Shown here one piece after another: positions 38,862-48,519 of a stretch of DNA of 64,000 bases. Source of the stretch: an uncultured delta proteobacterium. Lineage in GTDB: Bacteria; Desulfobacterota; Binatia; Binatales; Binataceae. The notes under the pieces were generated by a model. It ran no database searches. It saw only the letters and a program-made list of their open reading frames with translations, and was not told the DNA's origin. Location of the stretch: contig CAVRVY010000004.1 of NCBI GenBank assembly GCA_963724765.1, forward strand, positions 1,312,001-1,376,000, read 5' to 3'. The position numbers were made by a program, and so were the translations under genes. Within the stretch, counting starts at the first letter, position 1; each line of letters starts with the position of its first letter.

Positions 38862-39710
38862 TCACACCGCGCGCCGCGATGCACCGCCGCGAGCGGGCTC
38901 TGTTCCGCCGCCCACAGTATCGCGAAGCCGGCGCGCCCGCAGCATCCTGGTGACCCGCCGAATCAAACGGCTCGGCACATCGCCCATCGCACGACCATAA
39001 GCGTCGATAACTCGCAGCCGGTTGGTGCGGCCCATCCCCTCCAGGTCGAAGCGGCAAAGCTGCACCAGGTTGCGCAGCCGCCGGCGCTCCCACATAAGGC
39101 GCGGCTCGGCCGTGCGTTCGTGATCGATCAGGCTGAAGCGCACCGGCGCGCCGTTTGCGACAAAGATGTTGTAGGGCGTGAGGTCGCCATGGATAAAGCC
39201 GGCGGCATGGAGCCGCGCGACTTCGGCGCCGAGCGCGCGCAGCACCTCGCGCCTGTGCGCCGGAGCGCCGGACACGCGCCGTAGAAAGCGCGGCAGCGGC
39301 TCGCCCGCCACGCGCGCGGTCACCATCATCGTGCGCCCGCTTCCGCGCTCATCGCCGAGCATCAATATTGGCGCCACCGCGAACCCCGCCGCGACCAGCG
39401 CGTCGAGTATGGCCTGCATCCGCTCGGCGCGCGGGCGAAGGAACAGCCGGCGAACCGCCTTGAGTCCGCGCGGCGCGTCGAGCAGCTTGACGAAGACCTC
39501 GGTCTCGCCGGAGAGCGGCGTGCCGAGCCGAATCTGGTAGGTCGAGGCATGGCGCGAGCGCCGCAAGGGCCGGTCGTCCGCGCCACCGGCAATTTTGAGT
39601 GCGCGATCGATAAGCTCCAGGCCCAGCCGTGAGGGAAGTTCGGCCAGCGCGGGCGCCAGCAGCAGCGACCATCCGTCGCGCTCGACACGCGCCCGAGCGG
39701 CAACCGTCAC
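38862..39710 (-). CDS. Lipopolysaccharide kinase (Kdo/WaaP/InaA family)
   Basis: VFVK, LHAAGFIHGDLTPYN, LIDHE, NLVQL. Confidence 0.8.
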   Translation of the reverse strand: MTVAARARVERDGWSLLLAPALAELPSRLGLELIDRALKIAGGADDRPLRRSRHASTYQIRLGTPLSGETEVFVKLLDAPRGLKAVRRLFLRPRAERMQAILDALVAAGFAVAPILMLGDERGSGRTMMVTARVAGEPLPRFLRRVSGAPAHRREVLRALGAEVARLHAAGFIHGDLTPYNIFVANGAPVRFSLIDHERTAEPRLMWERRRLRNLVQLCRFDLEGMGRTNRLRVIDAYGRAMGDVPSRLIRRVTRMLRARRLRDTVGGGTEPARGGASRRAV

Positions 39711-40942
39711 GGGCGCTCCTGGCCTTGCCGCGCAGGCTGGATCGCGCCGCCCGCTTCGGCAGCCGGCGGCAGCGGACGCGGCCGGTCATCCGCAAGCGCG
39801 CCGATGGCGCGTGGGGCCGCCAGCGCACGTCTTAGGACAGCCGCGACATCGCCTGGAGCGATCCGCCGCATGCATTCGCGGCCGATCGGGCACTCGCGCA
39901 GGTAGCATGGATGGCACGGAATCGCGCCGCTCAGCGCCAGGTCGGCAAATCCCCACGGCGCGGAGCGCGCGGGCGCGGTCGCACCCCACAAAGAAACCAC
40001 GGGACATCCGGCCGCCGCCGCGATATGCATCGGGCCCGAGTCGGGGCCAAAGGCCGCGGCGCATTCGGCGAAGATCGCGACCAGGTCACGCAAACCGGTG
40101 CGTCCGGTCAAATTGAGTACGGGCTGGTTAAGTACGGGCGGGTTGAGCACGGGCGCGCCTGCGAGATTTGCGACTACCTGCTCAGCCAGCGCCACTTCGT
40201 CGCGGCCGCTTCCGATCAGCACCGGAAAAAGCGCGGGAGACCCGTCGCGCGCCATCGCCATTTCACGAATCACCGCCGCGACCGAGTCGGGAAAATAGAT
40301 CCGGCTCGGCCATGACGAGCCCAGGATGACCGCCAACAACGGCCGCGGCGCGCCCTCGAGCATCGCCGCCGCGCGCGCCCGCTCGGCAGCCGAAGCGAAG
40401 AGGCCGAACTCCACCGGCGCCGGTGCAAGCCCGAGCGCGTCGCCAAAGCCCTGGTACTGCATCAGCTTCAGGCGCATCGGCGGCTGCGGCGCAATTTGTC
40501 GGGAGGAGAACAGATGGTTGAATTCCTTGCCGTTGGAGCGATCGAAGCCGAGGCGCGTGTGAGCTCCGGAAGCGATCGAGACCACGCCGCTCTTCAGGTG
40601 TCGCTGGAGGTCGAGCGTGAGATCGAAATGGCCCGCGCGCACCCGGACAAGGAAGGGCAGAAACGAAAATGGTGCGCGGCGGCGGTTGTAGACGACTAGC
40701 TCATCCACCCAGGGATGGCCCTCCAGTACCGCCTGCGACTTGGGCTCGACCGCCCACGCGATATGCGCGGCCGGCCACGCGCGTCGGATACGACCGAGCA
40801 GCGGCAGTGCGCGCACCACGTCGCCGATCGCGCCGAGCAGAATAATAAGGACGCGGCGCGGCGCGGCGCCAGATGCGGTTGGAGACGCGGGAGTGACGGA
40901 TTCGGCGGTCGGATAGGCGGCAGTCTTATCGGGGGCGGTCAT
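39707..40942 (-). CDS. Glycosyltransferase family 9 (heptosyltransferase)
   Basis: AIGDVV, DLQ, LTGRTGL, DSGPMHIAAA, LWGAT, CHPCYLRECP. Confidence 0.9.
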   Translation of the reverse strand: MTAPDKTAAYPTAESVTPASPTASGAAPRRVLIILLGAIGDVVRALPLLGRIRRAWPAAHIAWAVEPKSQAVLEGHPWVDELVVYNRRRAPFSFLPFLVRVRAGHFDLTLDLQRHLKSGVVSIASGAHTRLGFDRSNGKEFNHLFSSRQIAPQPPMRLKLMQYQGFGDALGLAPAPVEFGLFASAAERARAAAMLEGAPRPLLAVILGSSWPSRIYFPDSVAAVIREMAMARDGSPALFPVLIGSGRDEVALAEQVVANLAGAPVLNPPVLNQPVLNLTGRTGLRDLVAIFAECAAAFGPDSGPMHIAAAAGCPVVSLWGATAPARSAPWGFADLALSGAIPCHPCYLRECPIGRECMRRIAPGDVAAVLRRALAAPRAIGALADDRPRPLPPAAEAGGAIQPARQGQERP

Positions 40943-41057
40943 GCGGCTTCGGGCTATCCTGGCAGCCGAGCTTAGCAGCCGACGATGGTTGCCCGAAGCC
41001 GTCCGCTCTATTTTCTGATCCCGCGCCGCGCTAATACCTGAGTCGCCCTCTTCTCTT

Positions 41058-41082
41058 GTAGGGGCCGTTCGTGAACGGCCCT
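41058..41082 (+). repeat. GTAG-family REP-like palindrome
   Basis: GTAG followed by GGGCCGTTC-GT-GAACGGCCC hairpin in an intergenic region. Confidence 0.6.
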
Positions 41083-41194
41083 GTCTGCTCCGCCCTTCGG
41101 CTGTAAGGATCAGGAATTTTTTAAGGAGCTCAACCTGCCCTCTCCTGCGACGATGCGGCCGAGGGCATAAGAAGTCGACGCGAGCGGTCAGGGC

Positions 41195-41551
41195 TCAGGT
41201 CCAATCAAGCGCGCCGCGCTGCCAGGCGTAAACGAGGCCAACCGTGAGGATTGCGATGAAGACCAGCGCTTCGACCAGGCCGAACATCCCCAGATGGCGC
41301 AACTCGACCGCCCACGGGTAGAGGAAAACCACCTCGACGTCGAAGACCACGAACAGCAGCGCAGTCAGATAAAAGTGCACCGAAAAGCGTCCCCACGCCG
41401 CGCCGCTTGGCGGATTACCGCACTCGAACGGCTCGCTCTTGATCTTGCCGGGGCGCCGCGGCCCGGTCAGGAGGTTGATCGTGACCATGCCGCCGACGAC
41501 AATCGCCGCGACCGCGAGCGTTACCAGAATCGGAAACCAGGTGAGCAGCAT
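41195..41551 (-). CDS. nuoA: NADH-quinone oxidoreductase subunit A (orphan)
   Basis: K.EPFECG, RFSVHFYL..LFVVFDVEVVFLYPWA, YAWQRGALDW. Confidence 0.93.
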   Translation of the reverse strand: MLLTWFPILVTLAVAAIVVGGMVTINLLTGPRRPGKIKSEPFECGNPPSGAAWGRFSVHFYLTALLFVVFDVEVVFLYPWAVELRHLGMFGLVEALVFIAILTVGLVYAWQRGALDWT

Positions 41552-41682
41552 CCCGGATAAACCTTCGCCTGTGGCCTCTCAGCAAGCGTCGCTAATCACA
41601 TTATGAATAGCGGATTAGACCGCCTTTTCCAACGCAACCGCGATCAAGGCGGTAGGGGCTTTTTGTCGCGGTTCTATCGCGA

Positions 41683-42843
41683 TCAGAGCGACGCGTAGGC
41701 TGCGGCGATGAGCGCCTTGGCGCGCGGGTCGAGCAGGATTCCCCCGCCCATCCGGTTCATCGCGTAACCGAAGCCGATTTTCGCCTCGGGGTCTGCGAAC
41801 CCGAGCGATCCGCCGGCGCCCGGATGGCCAAACGCACGCGCGTTGGGCCCCATCTCCTCGTCTGGCTGCGAGAGCATGAAGCCGGACGAAAAACGCGTCG
41901 AAATCAGCAGCACCTCGTCAGGGCCGCGCGACTCCTCCACGTGACAGGCGGGAATCTCGCGCGCCGCCATCACACGCACGCCGTCGACCTCGCCGCCGCG
42001 CGCGAGCGCGCCGTACAATCGCGACAGCGCGCGCGCATTGGTATGGCCGTTGGCGGCTGGAATCTCGGCACCGCGCCATCCGCGCGAGTTCACCGTCGCC
42101 ATCGAGAGCACGAGCGGGTTCATGAACGTCTTCGCGGTGACGGAGTCGGGATTTTTGGCCATTTCGGCGAACAGGTTGAATTCGCCCGGCGCGGGCGGCG
42201 GCGCGCCGATCATCTCGGCGACGCGGCTGTCCTCGCGCGCCTCCAGCCCGATATGTGCGTCGATCTTGAGCGGCGCCGCGATTTCGTCCTTGAAATAGCT
42301 GCCGGCGCTCTTACCGGTGATCCGGCGGATGACTTCGCCGACCAGGTAGCCGAAAGTGAGCGCATGGTAGCCGTGCCTGGTGCCCGGCTCCCACCACGGC
42401 TCCTCGGCCGCCAGCGCGTCGGTCATCGTTCGCCAGTCGTAAAGGTCCTCGGGCACAAGCGGTTTGCGAATCGCGGGCAGGCCGGCGCGATGGTTCAGCA
42501 GTTGGCGGACGGTGATTCGATCCTTCCCATGGGCGGCGAACTCGGGCCAAGACTTCGCGACCGGCGCGTCGAGGTCGAGCCGGCCTTCACCGGCGAGCCG
42601 ATGGGCGCAAATCGCGGTGAGGCCCTTGGTGGTCGAGTAGACGTTGACGATCGTGTCCCGCGTCCACGGCCGCGTCCGCGCCTTGTCGGCCCATCCGCCC
42701 CATAGATCCACGACGATACGGCCGTCGAGCGCGAGCGCGGCCGACGCGCCGGTCTCGCGGCGGCTGGCGAAGTTGTCGACAAACGCCTCGCGCACGCGCG
42801 CAAACCGCGCGTCACAGGTTCCTTCGATCGTGACGTCCGCCAT
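41683..42843 (-). CDS. Serine hydrolase (beta-lactamase-fold esterase)
   Basis: YSTTKG (SxxK), LLNHRAGL, WWEPG..GYH, FGHPGAGGS. Confidence 0.9.
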   Translation of the reverse strand: MADVTIEGTCDARFARVREAFVDNFASRRETGASAALALDGRIVVDLWGGWADKARTRPWTRDTIVNVYSTTKGLTAICAHRLAGEGRLDLDAPVAKSWPEFAAHGKDRITVRQLLNHRAGLPAIRKPLVPEDLYDWRTMTDALAAEEPWWEPGTRHGYHALTFGYLVGEVIRRITGKSAGSYFKDEIAAPLKIDAHIGLEAREDSRVAEMIGAPPPAPGEFNLFAEMAKNPDSVTAKTFMNPLVLSMATVNSRGWRGAEIPAANGHTNARALSRLYGALARGGEVDGVRVMAAREIPACHVEESRGPDEVLLISTRFSSGFMLSQPDEEMGPNARAFGHPGAGGSLGFADPEAKIGFGYAMNRMGGGILLDPRAKALIAAAYASL

Positions 42844-42860
42844 TACTTCCTCTGAATTTT

Positions 42861-43883
42861 TTATGGATCTACCAGGGCGCCGCCGCAGCTCGAGCCCGCG
42901 CCGGCGGTGCATCCAAAGCAATGCGCGCCGGTCGCGATTGGCGCTCCCGCGAGCCCGTCGAGATCGTCGATATCCCACACCGTGAACGCCCCGCGCCTGG
43001 CCGCCGCGCCAATCGGCATTTCGAGCATCTGGTTGAAGTCACAATCGTAAAGCCGCCCGTCCCATCCGACGCTCACCAGACCGCGGCACATCAGGCCCTC
43101 GACCGTCCCCGGATTGAAATGATTGACCAGCAGCCCCATGTAGTCCGCGTACTTGTCCCATTGATGCAACTGGCGGGCGAAGCGCGCGATCGGCATGTTG
43201 GTGATCGTCAGCAGGCGATCGAAGCGGACGCCGTGTGCTCCGAGTTCGCGCCGATAGTCCGCTTCGAGCGCGGCCTGCGGCGGCGGCAGCGCGGGACCAA
43301 CGGGATTGTAGACCAGGCTGAGCTCGAGGGGACCTGCGCCGTAGCCAAGAGCGTTGAGCTTTTGCAGCGCCGCGATGCTTTTCTCGAAGACGCCGCGCCC
43401 GCGCTGGCGCTCGACATTCGCAGCGCTGTAGCACGGCAGCGAGCAGACCAGCACCACGCGATTGTCACGGTAGAATTCGCCGAGCCGTTCCATCCCGGGC
43501 TCGAACATCACCGTCAGGTTGCATCGGACCATCACCTCGCGCCCAGCGCGACGCCCGCCCTCGACCAGCATCCGGAAATTCCCGTTGAGCTCGGGTGCGC
43601 CGCCGGTCAGGTCGACCGTGCGTATCGCGGGGCTGTGTGCGAGCACTTCGAGCAGGCGGTCGGCCGTCGCACGCTCCATCCGCTCAGTGCGCGCGGGACC
43701 GGCGTCAACGTGGCAGTGATGGCACGCCTGGTTGCAGAGCTTGCCGAGGTTGACTTGCAGGGTAGTGGCTTTCGCGCGCGTCAAAGCGTCCAACCCATGC
43801 CGATTCAGCATCTGGTCGAAGTTCGCAGCGGACGCCGGCACAAGCTCGCGCGCCGCCTGTGCATCAGCCTCCATCGCGCGCAT
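42861..43883 (-). CDS. arsS: ArsS-family radical SAM protein (DUF3641 C-terminus)
   Basis: QVNLGKLCNQACHHCHVDAGP, DLTGGAPE, SLPCY, YDCDFNQML, HCFGCTAGAGSSCGG. Confidence 0.85.
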   Translation of the reverse strand: MRAMEADAQAARELVPASAANFDQMLNRHGLDALTRAKATTLQVNLGKLCNQACHHCHVDAGPARTERMERATADRLLEVLAHSPAIRTVDLTGGAPELNGNFRMLVEGGRRAGREVMVRCNLTVMFEPGMERLGEFYRDNRVVLVCSLPCYSAANVERQRGRGVFEKSIAALQKLNALGYGAGPLELSLVYNPVGPALPPPQAALEADYRRELGAHGVRFDRLLTITNMPIARFARQLHQWDKYADYMGLLVNHFNPGTVEGLMCRGLVSVGWDGRLYDCDFNQMLEMPIGAAARRGAFTVWDIDDLDGLAGAPIATGAHCFGCTAGAGSSCGGALVDP

Positions 43884-44009
43884 GCCTCTCAGTCATTTGA
43901 TTCGACTCTCCGCTCAAATATCAGGTCTCCGCAGCGCCATTATATGTTATTGGTATCGCAAGTTGAGCGCTCTTCATAACCCCACGCGCGATCCGAGGCG
44001 CCGGCAGTC

Positions 44010-45032
44010 ATGAGCCGCGAACGGCCCCCTGCCGTTTCGTCCCTTCGCGGACCCTACCGGCTCGCCGGAGAGCTGATCGCGCTCGTGTACATCGCAATCA
44101 TCGCCGAGATCGCCTGCGCAACCGGCGCTGTTTATGTTCTGTTCCCGGAGCTTGGTGCGCTCTCGCACGACGTGATGACGCGTCCGCGTGGGACCTGGGC
44201 CAACGCGCCGCTGCTACTCGCGATCACGCCCGCGCTGACCGGCGTGGTCGGGATCGTCTTTACGCGAAGTCTCCCGTACGGGTACCTCTCGGTCCTGCTC
44301 ACCGTCGCCGGCGCGATCGCGATCATCTTCGCCCTGCGCTCGCCTATCGCGCCTGCGATTTCCGCGGGCCTGCTCCCGCTGGTGCTGGGGGTGAAGAGTT
44401 GGTGGTACCCGCCCGCGATTCTGCTCGGGACGACATTGCTCCCGACGCTCTCAGTGCCGTGGAAGAAATATTGCGCTGCGCGCTTGGTGGCGGCGGCGCC
44501 CGCAGAGAGCGACGAAGCGCGCGACGATCTTCTCGACGACCTTATCGAGGAGACGCCGAGCGGCTACGGATGGCTGGTGGTGCTGATGGCGTTCGTCGCG
44601 GTGGCGGTCTTTTTCGTAAAGCTGACCGGGCTTCGCTTTGTGCTGTTCCCGCCGCTGGTGGTAATCGGATTCGAGATGCTCGGGCACACGGCGATATGCC
44701 CGTGGGCGGACAAGCCGCTGCGGCTGCCGCTCGCGTGCTTCCTTACGGCGCTCGGCGGATTCGTTTCGTGGCACTTTCTCGGGGTGACGCCGCTTGCCGC
44801 GGCCTGCAGCATGGCTTGGGGAATCGCGGTGCTGCGCGGGTGCGACCTTCACGTGCCGCCGGCGCTGGCCGTCGCCTTGCTGCCGCTGGTGATGGACAAG
44901 CCGACGCTCGCCTATCCGTTCGCGGTCGGAATCGGCACCACGCTGCTGTCGCTCTGGTTCCTCGCTTACCAGCGGCTTTCGCGCGGAGCGCTCAGTATCC
45001 CTTGGGCATCCCGAGCAGCCGCTCGGCAATGA
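44010..45032 (+). CDS. HPP family membrane protein (internally duplicated)
   Basis: LFPELGAL..APAISAGLLP and LFPPL..HVPPALAVALLP repeats, many TMs. Confidence 0.75.
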   Translation: MSRERPPAVSSLRGPYRLAGELIALVYIAIIAEIACATGAVYVLFPELGALSHDVMTRPRGTWANAPLLLAITPALTGVVGIVFTRSLPYGYLSVLLTVAGAIAIIFALRSPIAPAISAGLLPLVLGVKSWWYPPAILLGTTLLPTLSVPWKKYCAARLVAAAPAESDEARDDLLDDLIEETPSGYGWLVVLMAFVAVAVFFVKLTGLRFVLFPPLVVIGFEMLGHTAICPWADKPLRLPLACFLTALGGFVSWHFLGVTPLAAACSMAWGIAVLRGCDLHVPPALAVALLPLVMDKPTLAYPFAVGIGTTLLSLWFLAYQRLSRGALSIPWASRAAARQ

Positions 45033-46185
45033 TGCTGCGCTGAATCTCCGAGGTGCCCTCCTCGATCGTGTTACCGCGCGCGCGCAGCGTCCCATACTGC
45101 CATCGCCCGCCCTCGACCACGTGCGGCGATCCTTCCTCGAGCACCGCGCGCGGACCCTGCACGGCGAGCGCGAACTCGTTCATCCGCTGATTGAGTTCGC
45201 TCCACAGCAGCTTGGAAATCGAGCCCTCGGGGCCCGGCGTGCCACCGCGCAAAAGGCGCGAGAAGTTGCGGTACGCAAGGTACTTCATCGATTCGACGTC
45301 AATGTAAAACTGCGCCAGCGCCTGGCGGATGACGCGCGGGCTAAGCGGTGTCGTGCCCGCTTCGAGCGCGCCGAGCGCGAGGCGCTTTAGGTCCTCGAAA
45401 GTGTTCCCGAAGCGCGCGACGATCGAGAGCGACAGCGTCGCCCGCTCGTTCATCAACGTGGTCAGCGCGACACCCCATCCGCCGCCCTGCGGCCCGAGCA
45501 GGTTTTTGCGCGGCACGCGCACGTCGTCGAAGAAAAGCTCGTTGAATTCCTCCTCGCCGGTCATCTGGCGCAGCGGCCGCACCGTAACCCCGGGGCTGTG
45601 CATGTCGACCAGCAGGTAGCTAAGTCCGCGATGCTTGGGCTTGTCGGGCTCGGTGCGCACCAGCAGCATGCACCAGTCGGCGATTTGGCCATGCGAGGTC
45701 CAGACCTTCGCGCCGTTGACGACGAACTCGTCGCCCGCAAGCTCTGCGCGGCTCTTCAGCGCGGCCAGGTCCGAGCCCGAACCGGGTTCGGAGAATCCCT
45801 GGCACCAGATTTCCTCGCACGAGAGAATTTTCGGCACAAAGCGGCGCTGCTGCTCGTCGGTGCCGTGCTCCAGGATCGTCGGCCCCGCCATCGAGAGCCC
45901 GATCAGGTTGAGCGCCGACGGCGCGCGCACCCGCGCCATCTCTTCGCTCAAGATCGCGCTGTAAACGATGGTCTTGCCCTGGCCGCCGTACTCGACCGGC
46001 CACGAGAGGCCCAGGAAGCCCGCCTCGAAGAGCCGGCGCTGCCAATCCCGCAGCGTCTGGATCGACGCGGGGTCGGTCGGCAGCGAGAAGCCGCGGTCGG
46101 GGATGTCGCGCGGCGCGTTGGCCTCGAGCCATTGACGCGCACCGAGGCGAAAGGCTTCCTCGTCGGGAGTGTAGCTGAAGTCCAT
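44992..46185 (-). CDS. Acyl-CoA dehydrogenase family protein
   Basis: WCQGFSEPGSGSDLA, NGAKVWTS, FNELFFDDV, TIEEGTSEIQR. Confidence 0.93.
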   Translation of the reverse strand: MDFSYTPDEEAFRLGARQWLEANAPRDIPDRGFSLPTDPASIQTLRDWQRRLFEAGFLGLSWPVEYGGQGKTIVYSAILSEEMARVRAPSALNLIGLSMAGPTILEHGTDEQQRRFVPKILSCEEIWCQGFSEPGSGSDLAALKSRAELAGDEFVVNGAKVWTSHGQIADWCMLLVRTEPDKPKHRGLSYLLVDMHSPGVTVRPLRQMTGEEEFNELFFDDVRVPRKNLLGPQGGGWGVALTTLMNERATLSLSIVARFGNTFEDLKRLALGALEAGTTPLSPRVIRQALAQFYIDVESMKYLAYRNFSRLLRGGTPGPEGSISKLLWSELNQRMNEFALAVQGPRAVLEEGSPHVVEGGRWQYGTLRARGNTIEEGTSEIQRSIIAERLLGMPKGY

Positions 46186-46373
46186 TTTTTGCTTCCGTTC
46201 TTTTGCGCGTCTCTTCGGCTCTCTAGTGTCTACCGCAAAAACGTTGGAATTGTCATGCGGCACACGCGCTCTCTCAGCTTTGTTTGGGGCGGGCTGCGAA
46301 ACGGGCTAAACTTTGTTCGCACGTCATTTCATTCGATTCAAACGTCCGGGCGAGGAAGCCGGAGGTATCATCG

Positions 46374-46769
46374 ATGAGCGCAACAGGCACAATTTCTCGC
46401 GGCGGATGCCATTGCGGACGGGTCGCTTTCGAAGTCGAGGGCCGTCCCGAGCGTGTCAGCGAATGCAACTGCTCGATCTGCACGAAGAAGGGATATCTCC
46501 ATTGGATCGTGCCGCGGGAGAGCTTCCAGCTGCTGACGCCGGCGGAAAATGTCTCGACCTACACCTTCAACACCGGCGTCGCGAAGCATCATTTCTGTCC
46601 CAACTGCGGCGTCGCGGCGTTTTATATTCCGCGCTCCGACCCGGACAAGGTCGACGTCAATGCGCGATGCCTTGACGGAATCGAACTCGCCGGGCTCAAG
46701 GTCGAGCGTTTCGACGGACGGAACTGGGAATCGGCGATCGCGGGCCACCGCGCGGCCCCCAAGGACTAG
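46374..46769 (+). CDS. GFA (glutathione-dependent formaldehyde-activating)/CENP-V family protein
   Basis: GGCHCG, CNCSIC, FCPNCG, VNARCL, FDG.NWE. Confidence 0.9.
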   Translation: MSATGTISRGGCHCGRVAFEVEGRPERVSECNCSICTKKGYLHWIVPRESFQLLTPAENVSTYTFNTGVAKHHFCPNCGVAAFYIPRSDPDKVDVNARCLDGIELAGLKVERFDGRNWESAIAGHRAAPKD

Positions 46770-47390
46770 ATGGCAGGGCTGGGCTTTACGCCGACCGACT
46801 TCGCGGTCTTCAAGGTCGAGGGCTTCAGCGCGCGCATGCAGGAGATATATGCGCGCGTGCGGCCCAAGCTGGTGAGGCTCGGCGACGAATTGGCGCCGGA
46901 GCTGGCGCGCAAGCTCCGTCTGGAGTTCTTCCCTCACGTCGCGAGACACGCGCGCCGCACCGTCAATCCGCCGCCTGAAACGTGGGCCGCCTTCGGGCCG
47001 TCGCCCCGGGGCTACAAACGCTACGGCTACCTGGCGCTATGCATCTCGGGCGCCGGATTGCACGCGCGCATGGTGGTCAAATCGGAGGCCGACCGGCGGC
47101 CTGACATGGCGCGCGGGCTTGTGAGCAATGCCGCCCAGCTCGCAAGGTCGCTGCGCGGAACGGGAGTCGCACGGTACGAAAAATGGGATTTCAAAGCGCT
47201 GCCCGCGGAGATGCCGGCCGACGACGAGCTTTTCACGGCGCTCGCCGAGGGGCTCGGCAAAAAGACCGGCGGGATAGACCTCGGATTCGGATGGAGCGTG
47301 CGTGACGCGCTGCGCCTGGATCGTGCGGAGCTGCTCGACGCCTACCGCGAACTCGAGCCCATGTACCGAATCCTCAGGGCCGTCGCATAG
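46770..47390 (+). CDS. DUF1054 (YktB/UPF0637-like) protein
   Basis: FT..DF.VF..EG..ARM..I...VRPKL, PHVARHARRTVNPP.ETWAAF..RGYK. Confidence 0.75.
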   Translation: MAGLGFTPTDFAVFKVEGFSARMQEIYARVRPKLVRLGDELAPELARKLRLEFFPHVARHARRTVNPPPETWAAFGPSPRGYKRYGYLALCISGAGLHARMVVKSEADRRPDMARGLVSNAAQLARSLRGTGVARYEKWDFKALPAEMPADDELFTALAEGLGKKTGGIDLGFGWSVRDALRLDRAELLDAYRELEPMYRILRAVA

Positions 47391-47454
47391 CGCTCACGTG
47401 TCGGACGCCGAGGCCACTCCAGCGCCGTCGCGGCGCGCAGCAAGGCATAAGAAG

Positions 47455-48462
47455 ATGAGCACGATAGCGGTTCTGGGAGCGGGCGCGTGGGGCACGGCAC
47501 TCGCCGCCGCGCTTGCCCGCGGCGGGGGTCATCGCGTAACCCTATGCGCGCGGCGCGCCGATCACGTGGCGGCGATGCGCGAGCGGCGCGAAAACGAGTC
47601 CTACCTGCCCGGCGTCGCACTGCCGGAGACGATCGAACTGAGCGGTCGATGGGCCGAGGCGGCGGGCGCGAGCGAGATCGTGGTGATGGCGGTGCCGTCG
47701 CGTTTCGCGCGGGCGGCGATGTCGCCGGTCGGCCCGGCGCTCGGCGCGGACGCGACGCTTATCAGCGTGACTAAAGGTGTCGAGGGTGACTCGCTCAAGA
47801 CGATGACCGCGATGCTGGCCGAGGTTGCGCCGCGGGTGAAGAGGCTGGCGGTGCTGTCGGGGCCGTCGTTCGCCGCGGAAGTGGCGCGCGGCAGGCCGGC
47901 CGCGATCGTCGCGGCGGCGCGCGACGAGGCAGTCTCGCGCGGCGTGCAGGATCTGTTCGCCTCACACACGCTGCGCGTCTACCGAAGCGCCGACGTCGAC
48001 GGGGTCGAGTTGGCGGGCGCGGCCAAGAACGTGATCGCGATCGCCGCCGGCATCAGCGACGGCCTCGGCCTCGGCTCGAGCGCGCGGGCGGCGCTCATTA
48101 CTCGTGGCCTGGCCGAACTGACCCGCCTGGGCCTGCGCGCCGGTGCGCGCGCCGAGACCATCTATGGGCTCGCGGGGTTGGGCGACCTCGTCCTGACCTG
48201 CACCGGCGACCTTTCGCGCAACCGCGCGCTGGGACTTAAAATTGGCCAGGGCGAGAGCATCGCCGGCATCGCAGCGGGCACACCACCGGGCCATCCGGTG
48301 GCCGAAGGCATCTCCAACGCGCGCTCGATAAGCAAGCTGGCCGAGCAGATTGGCGTGGAGATGCCGATCGTCACAGCGGTCTGCCGGGTGCTCTATGAAG
48401 GCGCGCCCGCAAACGCTATGGTCGATGAGCTGCTGAGCCGCGAACTGAAGGCCGAATTCTGA
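47455..48462 (+). CDS. gpsA: NAD(P)H-dependent glycerol-3-phosphate dehydrogenase
   Basis: GAGAWGTALA, SGPSFA.EV, KNVIAIAAG, GLGDLVLTC..SRN. Confidence 0.96.
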   Translation: MSTIAVLGAGAWGTALAAALARGGGHRVTLCARRADHVAAMRERRENESYLPGVALPETIELSGRWAEAAGASEIVVMAVPSRFARAAMSPVGPALGADATLISVTKGVEGDSLKTMTAMLAEVAPRVKRLAVLSGPSFAAEVARGRPAAIVAAARDEAVSRGVQDLFASHTLRVYRSADVDGVELAGAAKNVIAIAAGISDGLGLGSSARAALITRGLAELTRLGLRAGARAETIYGLAGLGDLVLTCTGDLSRNRALGLKIGQGESIAGIAAGTPPGHPVAEGISNARSISKLAEQIGVEMPIVTAVCRVLYEGAPANAMVDELLSRELKAEF

Positions 48463-48519
48463 CCCCGGCCGAACCCCCTGAGCGGTAATCGTAAAAACGC
48501 ATTTGAGAGAAGAGAGTTA

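Noticed and set aside
41683-42843. Beta-lactam resistance gene
   Set aside because: Motifs (WWEPG..GYH, FGHPGAGGS) fit family VIII-type esterases; no mobile context
42870-42900. Selenocysteine in the ArsS C-terminal motif
   Set aside because: The codon is TGC (Cys), not an in-frame TGA
44992-45032. 41-bp convergent overlap of the HPP and acyl-CoA dehydrogenase genes as a regulatory system
   Set aside because: Short 3' overlaps are common in GC-rich genomes; no further evidence
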